This document shows, in pieces, positions 1-6,929 of a stretch of 64,000 nucleotides of DNA; within the stretch, counting starts at the first letter, position 1, and each line of letters begins with the position of its first letter. The position numbers and the translations under genes were made by a program. The DNA is from a virus: positions 38,958 through 102,957 of the IMG/VR virus record IMGVR_UViG_3300033485_000003; one strand, written 5' to 3'. The notes beneath the pieces were generated by a model. That model was not told the DNA's origin. It worked only from the letters and a program-made list of their open reading frames with translations, and made no database searches.

Positions 1-827
1 TTGTGCTTGCTCAAATCCGCCTGAGCCAGACTTTCCGCCTTGAGTTCTCCTGCGTCGGTCTTGAGTTTCTTCCACACTGGAAGTTTCTCTTCCGTGCCAT
101 CTTCATACTTCACCCACACGCCAGAATCCCAATTTTGGTCACAAGTGTGGGGGAACATCTCCACCATGAAATTGCCCGGCTTAACCAGACTGCGAACGCG
201 CTGGTAATATTTGATGGCGGATTGCCAGTCGTTGTGGGCCAGCAGATGCCGACCGACCACGCCAATCAAGCAGCTCGACGTCATCGTGACGTTCTTTGAG
301 CCAAGCTCCTCCAGGTCCGCCCACGTAAACAGAGGCTTGCGTTCAGATCCGTGCTGCTCAGCCCTGAGGTCCGCCTTTGACAGCAATTTTACGGCTGTGA
401 AAAAGGCTTCTTGGTCGAGGAAGTGGGCAGTGCAATGAAGGTACTTGAGATGCTCCCAATAGCCGTATTCTGGCACGCAAAGCTGTTGGTCTGCCTTGGG
501 GAGTTTATCGTAAGCTTTTTGAGTTACACGCTGATTCGTGAGTTCATTGCGGTAGCGTAGGCTCTTCTGTACGCCCGCCTTCTCCAGAATATCACAATTA
601 TCGTCACGGACGTAAAGCTCGATTCCGAGAATGGGGTTGAGTTTTCCAGAAAACCGTTTGTCTGACCGACATAGGTCGTAAGCACTCCGACACCCCTCAA
701 GCGTCCCGTGGTCGGTGACCGTCAGATGGCCACTCCCAAGTTCTAGCTCCTTCTTGGCAAAGGCTTCCGGAGTGGAGGCCGAGTCGAAACTATTTGGATG
801 GCTATGTGGCGTTGGGAAGTTGTTCAT
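1..827 (-). CDS. dnaE: DNA polymerase III alpha subunit (DnaE-like), N-terminal PHP domain; runs off the window edge
   Basis: Manual translation from ATG at 827: MNNFPTPHSHPNSFDSAST...LTVTDHGTLEG...PILGIELY...SSCLIG...MVEMFPH, which carries the HxH, TDHG, GxE and SSCL motifs of the DnaE PHP domain. Not in the ORF track because there is no stop in the window. Confidence 0.85.
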   Translation of the reverse strand, partial: MNNFPTPHSHPNSFDSASTPEAFAKKELELGSGHLTVTDHGTLEGCRSAYDLCRSDKRFSGKLNPILGIELYVRDDNCDILEKAGVQKSLRYRNELTNQRVTQKAYDKLPKADQQLCVPEYGYWEHLKYLHCTAHFLDQEAFFTAVKLLSKADLRAEQHGSERKPLFTWADLEELGSKNVTMTSSCLIGVVGRHLLAHNDWQSAIKYYQRVRSLVKPGNFMVEMFPHTCDQNWDSGVWVKYEDGTEEKLPVWKKLKTDAGELKAESLAQADLSKH

Positions 828-835
828 TGCCTACC

Positions 836-1003
836 TTACCGATCTGTGAAGTGCACCCACGCGATAAAACCACACGCAATCGCCGCCAATACGACCATGA
901 ACAGCCCTATCTGATTCCGCGCTGCGGCCTCGGCAACGGCATCCGCCGGAACGTCAGCTTGCGACGACTGCGACACAATCCAAAGGTACAGAAACTTGTC
1001 CAT
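836..1003 (-). CDS. Small membrane protein (55 aa)
   Basis: Manual ORF MDKFLYLWIV...IGLFMVVLAAIACGFIAWVHFTDR with a GGAGG RBS and one hydrophobic segment. Confidence 0.6.
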   Translation of the reverse strand: MDKFLYLWIVSQSSQADVPADAVAEAAARNQIGLFMVVLAAIACGFIAWVHFTDR

Positions 1004-1014
1004 GTGTTACCTCC

Positions 1015-1052
1015 AAAAAGAAGACGCCCCGACCATACAGTATCGGGGCGCC
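1015..1052 (-). terminator. Intrinsic terminator
   Basis: CGCCCCGA/TCGGGGCG stem followed by TCTTCTTTTT on the minus strand. Confidence 0.6.
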
Positions 1053-1074
1053 ACCTGCAAGAGCTTTTAGGGGC

Positions 1075-1335
1075 TTACTTCACTTTGAGTTGGCGTCGCA
1101 ACTTACCAATGATTCGATCTTCCAGCTTCAGAAGTTCCTCTTCCGACATCATTAGCGCCCTAGCGGCGACCTTCGACGGAACCCCCTGAGGGAAACGAGC
1201 GAGAAGCTTATCGAGCGAGTATCCATAGCGGCGATTGCAGATAAAATCTCGCTCGGTTTGCAGTTTGGTTTGCAGTTCTGTATCTTCAGGATCTATCATA
1301 GTGGCTTCTCGGATTCTTTCTGTCTGTGCTATCAT
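1075..1335 (-). CDS. Stand-alone sigma-70 region-4-like HTH protein
   Basis: ERDFICNRRYG...SKVAARALMMSEEELLKLEDRIIGKLR resembles the sigma r4 pattern ER.II..RYG...EIA..L..S.E.V.QIE.RAL.KLR. Confidence 0.5.
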   Translation of the reverse strand: MIAQTERIREATMIDPEDTELQTKLQTERDFICNRRYGYSLDKLLARFPQGVPSKVAARALMMSEEELLKLEDRIIGKLRRQLKVK

Positions 1336-2705
1336 AAGCGCCAGCGACCATCAGCCATCATCAAGATCGCACGTTTGCCGGTGGCGTAGATGGCAACATG
1401 CGCCTGATACCAACTCGAAGGACCGCGATTGTAATCGAGCAGCAAATAGGTTGATGTACCGGCCTGGTAGTTACCTTCTTCGATGCCAGGAGTGTGAGTA
1501 TGTCCGGTGACCACCTTGGTTCCGATGCGCGCTAAATTACGCAAGGTACCTCTAGAGCCGTTAGGACCCTCATTCCCGTGCATGCCGCACTCTATCCCAG
1601 CTATCATCAACGACTCTCTGGGCTCTAGGCAGTGCACTTTTGGAGCTAAACGGCGAACCCAATAAGAAAATGGATCGGGATACTCCACCCCACCAAGGAC
1701 TGTACGTGCCCCAGCCACCATATGAGCCGCCGTATCAAGGAAAAACGGAGCATTAAGCGGATCGTCTCGCCAATCTGCGGTCGCCAGCCAGCGCCGCAAA
1801 AAGTCGTTGTGGTTGCTCGGTACTACGTGCACCTTCGCTCCACACTCCGCTGCTCGAGATAGGTACGCACACGCGCTCTCTACTTCGGAACGTACACATC
1901 CAGAAGCTCCATGGACCTTCGCGATGCGAATGTAAGGATCTCCTTTGTGATGAGGGTTGAGAGATCTACCATCAAACACATCGTGGGCTACAATATGTTT
2001 GGGGCGCAAAACCTCTACCATCCCACCTTCGCCGTAGGTCATGCGGACTACGTCAGGGTCGGTTACGGCGTCGTGCACGTCTCCTAGTCCAAGTCCAGCG
2101 GCTCGTGGAGCCGGACTGAGTCCTTTAGGAGTGTAGACGGTGTCTAAATCCGTGAACTCCCCCGTACCCCGATCGCAATTAAGTTGCCGAATGGTGTGCC
2201 ACTTCCCTTCTGTCTCTACGACGATAGCGCCAAGAAAATGGTGAAAATCTCCCAGTTTTCCGGCTTTTGTCTTGGTTGAATTACGACGAGTCACCGACCC
2301 CGTTGTGGACAGGATTTTGGGGTATTTCCCGGCGGGGGAGGCGATGCATTTGAGCTGCATTTTGGAGTGCCCTATGATGCAGCCGTCAGTACCGGTCAGA
2401 GCTTCGAACCCAGTCAAAGGAGAACAGGCAGTCGGCTGCACCTTGACGTCAGCCGCCAGCACGAGCCCTTTAGACAGACGAGTACGACGAGTCGTCAAAT
2501 ATGGCCTGATCGACTCGTCCCACCAATCGTCTTTTCGATCTCTCTCAGCCCACACGGAGGTGGGGTTCTTGTAGCGTATCGGCACCACCAACAATTCGGC
2601 CTTTTTGTCGGCGCAATACGCGAGCAGAGATTTTAGCGCTTCTGTATGTACTGGTGTTGCATTCTGCGCGCTGGTAACGACGTAGCGTTTACCGGAGGTA
2701 CTCAT
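1332..2705 (-). CDS. T5 A1-like calcineurin-fold metallophosphoesterase/nuclease
   Basis: TSAQNAT, GDVH, HDVFD, SNHN, HGxxGPNGSRG, GHTH and GPSSW motifs. Confidence 0.7.
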   Translation of the reverse strand: MSTSGKRYVVTSAQNATPVHTEALKSLLAYCADKKAELLVVPIRYKNPTSVWAERDRKDDWWDESIRPYLTTRRTRLSKGLVLAADVKVQPTACSPLTGFEALTGTDGCIIGHSKMQLKCIASPAGKYPKILSTTGSVTRRNSTKTKAGKLGDFHHFLGAIVVETEGKWHTIRQLNCDRGTGEFTDLDTVYTPKGLSPAPRAAGLGLGDVHDAVTDPDVVRMTYGEGGMVEVLRPKHIVAHDVFDGRSLNPHHKGDPYIRIAKVHGASGCVRSEVESACAYLSRAAECGAKVHVVPSNHNDFLRRWLATADWRDDPLNAPFFLDTAAHMVAGARTVLGGVEYPDPFSYWVRRLAPKVHCLEPRESLMIAGIECGMHGNEGPNGSRGTLRNLARIGTKVVTGHTHTPGIEEGNYQAGTSTYLLLDYNRGPSSWYQAHVAIYATGKRAILMMADGRWRL

Positions 2706-2736
2706 GAAACCTCCTTTTGCCTCGCAGATGACGCCA

Positions 2737-3255
2737 TTAGCTCTTCACCGCTGCAGGAGCGTTGCAGTAAATCGCCTCGACGCGAAGCTTGTCCTTGTTC
2801 TGGAGCTCCATCTCAAAGCCGGCCGACTGTCCGAGCAGCTGTGCGAGCAGGCTCGGCTCCATCTGCTTGGCCGGCAACGTCACAGGCTGCGGCGTCTTGA
2901 GTTGGCCGTCAGCGCCGAACTGGTTAACAATCAAAAGGCTCTCGACGGTAACCGCGGGGTCGACCACCAGTGAGCCCTCTGCCAGAGCAGCCTCAATGGC
3001 CGCCTTCTGGGCTTGTGCGCGCTCCTCTTGCTGACGAGCCTGCTGGGCACCGATGGCCTGCTGGATGGCTTCCATGCCGACTGTCTCGACGATGGCGGCG
3101 AGAAGTTGGTCCATTTGGTCGATACGTTGATTAAGACCCTGCTCCTTCTGGGTGCCGAATAGAACCGACTCGATACGACTCAGACGGGTCATTGCATCTG
3201 CTGCGCGCTTCGCATTTACTCGATTGTCGTTGCTGGGAATTGCCATTTTGTTCAT
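2737..3255 (-). CDS. Hypothetical protein (coiled-coil N-terminus)
   Basis: 172-aa ORF with an AGGAG RBS, in operon. Confidence 0.7.
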   Translation of the reverse strand: MNKMAIPSNDNRVNAKRAADAMTRLSRIESVLFGTQKEQGLNQRIDQMDQLLAAIVETVGMEAIQQAIGAQQARQQEERAQAQKAAIEAALAEGSLVVDPAVTVESLLIVNQFGADGQLKTPQPVTLPAKQMEPSLLAQLLGQSAGFEMELQNKDKLRVEAIYCNAPAAVKS

Positions 3256-3272
3256 CTCCTTAGGGTTACTTC

Positions 3273-4121
3273 TTACCGCGCTGCTGCATCTACTCGACCG
3301 TCATGAGCCCGCACGTTTGCGTCGGCCAATGCGGAAGCCTTCATCTGTGACATCGCCTCAATCTGACGAATCGACGTCGGAAATGGAATGGGCTGAATCG
3401 AACCAGTCGGCCGAGCTTGTTGGGTTAGGTCCATCACGACTTCTCTTTCGACCGTCTTGCCCGTGGCTTGGTCCACCATAGGTGTCATTACAGTCTTAGT
3501 AACGCGCTTGATGCCGCCCACGGACTCTACGGCCGGCGCGGTTGCGGCGGCTGGGGTCGGTGCTGGTGGCTGTGGCGCCTGGACAGACGGCACCACGGAC
3601 TTGGCCGACACCTTACGTAGGGATGGCTTGGCCGGCACATTCGCCTTCTTGAGTGTCGGAGCGACGGGCTCAGGTGTAGGTTCGGCCAGCGACGGCTTCT
3701 TGGTGACCTTAGCTGCAATCGCCTTCAGGGCTGCGAACACAGTCGGCGCTGCCAATGCCTTGAGGGCCGTGACTTCGGCCGGCGTAAACATTCCGTCTGT
3801 ATCGGAACTTTCGACCCCTACAAGCTTAGACATGCGGGTTCGCACGAAATCTCGGATCTCCTTGTCAACTACAGCAGCCGCAGGGCCGGTCGAGTCGCTG
3901 AAGAAGGAGTCCATCGACAGCACCAGCCGGTAATACTGGGCTAGCTCGAGGCGGAATTCAACCTCAGCCATCGCTTGTTCGTCGGCGGTTTCCGAAGTCT
4001 CTGGTGCGGCTTGTCCGCTGGATGAAACAACGCGAACATTTGGGCGCGAACAAGCAGGTGTAGGTTCAGCTACATCTGAAGTCGCGTCGTCGAGGGCATC
4101 TACATCGAAATCGATTGGCAA
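3273..4121 (-). CDS. Hypothetical protein, Pro/Ala-rich linker
   Basis: 282-aa ORF with an AGGAG RBS and an upstream promoter. Confidence 0.7.
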   Translation of the reverse strand: MPIDFDVDALDDATSDVAEPTPACSRPNVRVVSSSGQAAPETSETADEQAMAEVEFRLELAQYYRLVLSMDSFFSDSTGPAAAVVDKEIRDFVRTRMSKLVGVESSDTDGMFTPAEVTALKALAAPTVFAALKAIAAKVTKKPSLAEPTPEPVAPTLKKANVPAKPSLRKVSAKSVVPSVQAPQPPAPTPAAATAPAVESVGGIKRVTKTVMTPMVDQATGKTVEREVVMDLTQQARPTGSIQPIPFPTSIRQIEAMSQMKASALADANVRAHDGRVDAAAR

Positions 4122-4147
4122 GTTAATTCTCCTAGATTTGAAAGTAC

Positions 4148-4175
4148 AGTATACACGCAGCCGCTAGGATGTCAA
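4148..4175 (-). promoter_or_regulatory. Sigma-70-type promoter
   Basis: TTGACA-16nt-TATACT upstream of the 3273..4121 gene. Confidence 0.65.
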
Positions 4176-4246
4176 GCGGCTTTTTACAAAAACGCCCCGA
4201 ATTGTCTGGTTCGTGGCAACACCGTGCTGCGCTCGCTAGAGCGGAC

Positions 4247-4348
4247 AAAAGACACCACATCGCGGCCGGCGGTAGGTCCGGGCCTCGTATCCCAGTATAG
4301 GTGCACGCCAAACAACAGTACACTCTAATCCTGCTGCGATGTGGTGTG
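4247..4348 (-). ncRNA. Candidate structured RNA (long closing stem with two internal hairpins, followed by a U tract)
   Basis: ACACCACATCGC/GCGATGTGGTGT 12-bp inverted repeat with internal GTGTAC/GTGCAC and CTGGG/CCCGG stems. G-U pairs favour the minus strand. Confidence 0.4.
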
Positions 4349-4356
4349 AAATTTAA

Positions 4357-4545
4357 TTAATCGCCCCTCGAGGTAATCGTCCAGGTCGTGGAATCGCCGA
4401 ATACTTCGGTTACACTTTGTGCTTCTAGCCGAGCAACCAGTACCTTGAGTCTGTCCAAATACGACGTCGGAGTACATGACTCGGTAAATCGAGCTATATC
4501 CCGCAACGACTTGGCTACATCTTCTCGCGTCAAGAATTTGTCCAT
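4357..4545 (-). CDS. Small protein, paralog of 6046..6219
   Basis: MDKFLTREDVAKSL...YLDRLKVLVARLEAQ. Confidence 0.7.
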   Translation of the reverse strand: MDKFLTREDVAKSLRDIARFTESCTPTSYLDRLKVLVARLEAQSVTEVFGDSTTWTITSRGD

Positions 4546-4584
4546 TGATGCTCCCGGGGCGTCGCCCCTGGATTCCAGTTGTAG

Positions 4585-5652
4585 TTAAACGATGCATTGT
4601 GTAACTCCTTTACTGGTTTGCGGATCGTCAATAAGCCGCGCCGACAACTCTCTTTCGTTATCGGTTTGCCCTCGTAACGCGATGTTAAATGCAGCATTTG
4701 CGTCACGATGATCAATGTGTCCACATTGTTTACACTTGAACTTCTTCCCCGAGACAGTGTTGACGTGACCGCACCGTGAGCAACCCTTGGAAGTATTCCT
4801 GGGGTCGATGTAGATGACAGTAATGCCGCGCAAGGAAGCCTTGTACTTGACGTATTGTTCAAGTTGGAAGTACGACCAATTCGACTTCTGGACGTATTTT
4901 CCGCATTTCTTGGAGTCTCGAATCTTTCCGAGGTCTTCCAAAACAATGGACTTACAATGGGTTGCGGCATAATCAACGACTTGCTTGGACACCTTGTGAT
5001 TGATGTCTCGAGTTCGATTCGACTGCTTGCGCTTGAGCTTCTTGCATGCCCCAAACGCTTTCTTTGATTGCAACTTCGCCTTTCTGTTTCGGAGGTTGTC
5101 CTTCCACTGCTTGATGTCTGGACCTAGACGTTCGACGTGCCCATTCTCTGGGTCCGCTAGGGTTGCTACGTTGCCAACGGCGTTGCGGTCTACACCGATG
5201 AACCCGTGACACTCGACGGTGTTTACTGGAGTGTTGTAGGTGTAACTCAGAAACCACCTACCGTCACGCTTGAAGAACTCAACCGAGCGAACGTGCCCGA
5301 TAATCGGCTTGAGCGGGTGGATTTGAATCGATTGCTTCTTGGTGATCGCAGGAATTCGGAGTTGGTTATTCGACTCCAACTTGACCTGAGTCCCTTTGTC
5401 GCCGCATATCGGAATGACCGGGTTCCGCACCTTCTTGCACTTCCGGTTCTTCTGATACTTCGTAATCAGGCTCTTGGCGACAACGCACGGAACATCATGG
5501 TAGAACTTGGAGGAAGTCTGCGTACGGTTCGCCAACATGCGCTTGACAACGATTCTACTCTTGACTAGTAACACATCTAACGAGGAGTCGAACTCATGCC
5601 CGACAAGCGCTTTATTGGTCACAACCACTGTGTCTATAGTCTGACGTTCCAT
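4585..5652 (-). CDS. tnpB: TnpB RNA-guided endonuclease (apparently intact)
   Basis: RuvC D/E/D residues in IGVDRN, IVLEDL and HRDANAAFNI; CSRC..CKQC zinc finger. Start assigned to MERQT. Confidence 0.9.
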   Translation of the reverse strand: MERQTIDTVVVTNKALVGHEFDSSLDVLLVKSRIVVKRMLANRTQTSSKFYHDVPCVVAKSLITKYQKNRKCKKVRNPVIPICGDKGTQVKLESNNQLRIPAITKKQSIQIHPLKPIIGHVRSVEFFKRDGRWFLSYTYNTPVNTVECHGFIGVDRNAVGNVATLADPENGHVERLGPDIKQWKDNLRNRKAKLQSKKAFGACKKLKRKQSNRTRDINHKVSKQVVDYAATHCKSIVLEDLGKIRDSKKCGKYVQKSNWSYFQLEQYVKYKASLRGITVIYIDPRNTSKGCSRCGHVNTVSGKKFKCKQCGHIDHRDANAAFNIALRGQTDNERELSARLIDDPQTSKGVTQCIV

Positions 5653-6005
5653 GTGATTTTCGTGACCAAGTTCCGAAGAAAGTGTTTGAACCAAACCGCC
5701 CTGAACCATCTCTACACCAGTATACCATGGATTGCAAGCGGCTTGGGGGTGTCGGTCGGAGAAATCAAAGGCGAAGCCGACCACATCCACTTTATTTTAG
5801 AGACCTCGCCCACCGACACCCTGGCGTCTTTGATTGGTGCCATCAAGTGCAAGTCCACGTCGAACTTGTTGGCTTCTGGGTGTAAGCCGCCTTTCTGGGG
5901 ACAGCATTCTCGCACATTGTGGTCAAGTAGTTACTTTGTATGTTCTACGGTGGCGTGAGTATCGACAAACTCGAGTAATACATCAAGAATCAGGGTGCGG
6001 TCTAA
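5596..6005 (+). pseudogene. tnpA: Y1 HUH transposase TnpA, frameshifted with a premature stop
   Basis: YSLTFHVIFVTKFRR, DHIHF and LWSSSYFVCST motifs. The C-terminal GVSIDKLE*YIKNQG segment with the catalytic Tyr is in another frame and behind a TAA. Confidence 0.8.
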
Positions 6006-6045
6006 CCCACCCCATCGGGGTGGGATTGCGACCGAAGCCATTCAG

Positions 6046-6219
6046 TTACCACTTTCCTTCCCAAGCCCCTGGAAAATACCCAGCCGCCTTTTGCTCCTCG
6101 AGCTTCGCAACCAACTTTTTCATCCAATCCAAACAATAGATGGGGTTGGTGGCTTTGGTGGAATCAGACATATTCTTGAGTTGAGCGGCCACCAGCTCTC
6201 GTGTCAAAATCTTGTCCAT
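6046..6219 (-). CDS. Small protein, paralog of 4357..4545
   Basis: Manual ORF MDKILTRELVAAQLKNMSDSTKATNPIYCLDWMKKLVAKLEEQKAAGYFPGAWEGKW. Confidence 0.7.
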   Translation of the reverse strand: MDKILTRELVAAQLKNMSDSTKATNPIYCLDWMKKLVAKLEEQKAAGYFPGAWEGKW

Positions 6220-6873
6220 TTAGACTCCAGTTGAGCCGAAGCCGTTTGCGCCGCGGTCCGTTTCTGACACTTCGGTAACTTCTACGCACTCCATCAGCGA
6301 CACGGGTGCAACCACGAGCTGAGCAATCCGGTCGCCAGCCTTGATGTCCACTGTCCCGGGACCGTGATTGATGAGAATCACCTTGACGTTGCCTGTGTAG
6401 GCGGTGTCGATGGTGCCCGGAGCATTTAACACTGTCACGCCCTTCTTGGCTGCCAGGCCGCTACGGGGGCGAACTTGCCCTTCGTATCCAGTCGGAAGTT
6501 CCAGTTGGATGCCCGTATCGTACGCGTGAAACGCGCCGGGTGCAAGCGACAAAGTCTCGACCGAGACCAGGTCGAGACCGGAATCGGTGGTGTGTGCCCG
6601 GGTGGGTTGCACGGCGGCCGGGTGAACCTTCTTGAACTTCAAGACGGGGAAGTACGGGTTCGGAAGCGAAGAATCCACGCCGATGCCCCATACGCCAGTC
6701 GTGCGCGGGATTTCGCCGCCGCACGGCGGTGTGATAAAAGGTACAACAAGTGAATTCACGGTAGTCGCTACCTGCTCCTGCGTACATCCGCAGGCGGTGT
6801 TCTCTGAACTCATGCCAGTGTGGTCGGTGAGCATGCCGCAATCACAATTCTCGGTATTGGTGGAATCAGACAT
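6220..6873 (-). CDS. dut: Trimeric dUTPase with an N-terminal Cys-containing extension
   Basis: SGLDL, RPRSGLA, GTIDTAYTG, GDRIAQL and RGANGFGSTG motifs; AAGGAG RBS before MSDST. Confidence 0.95.
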   Translation of the reverse strand: MSDSTNTENCDCGMLTDHTGMSSENTACGCTQEQVATTVNSLVVPFITPPCGGEIPRTTGVWGIGVDSSLPNPYFPVLKFKKVHPAAVQPTRAHTTDSGLDLVSVETLSLAPGAFHAYDTGIQLELPTGYEGQVRPRSGLAAKKGVTVLNAPGTIDTAYTGNVKVILINHGPGTVDIKAGDRIAQLVVAPVSLMECVEVTEVSETDRGANGFGSTGV

Positions 6874-6900
6874 TCGGATATCTCCTTGTTTGGTTCCACC

Positions 6901-6929
6901 ATTGTACCACGGATTACTTGATGGGGCAA
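6901..6929 (-). promoter_or_regulatory. Sigma-70 promoter for dut
   Basis: TTGCCC-17-TACAAT with an extended -10 TG. Confidence 0.55.

Larger units (their letters stand above)
4545..6040 (-). mobile_element. IS200/IS605-family element (divergent tnpA/tnpB)
   Basis: tnpA and tnpB genes. Right end is GAAT-hairpin(CCAGGGGCGACGCCCCGGG)-TCAA. Left end is CAAT-hairpin(CCCACCCCGATGGGGTGGG), preceded by the target TGAA. Confidence 0.85.

Noticed and set aside
4132-4323. 63-aa Cys-rich ORF
   Set aside because: It overlaps the RNA-structure candidate and a promoter, and has no convincing coding features.
5653-5790. N-terminal extension of TnpB in the ORF track
   Set aside because: It overlaps tnpA in antisense; MERQT at 5652 gives a typical TnpB length.
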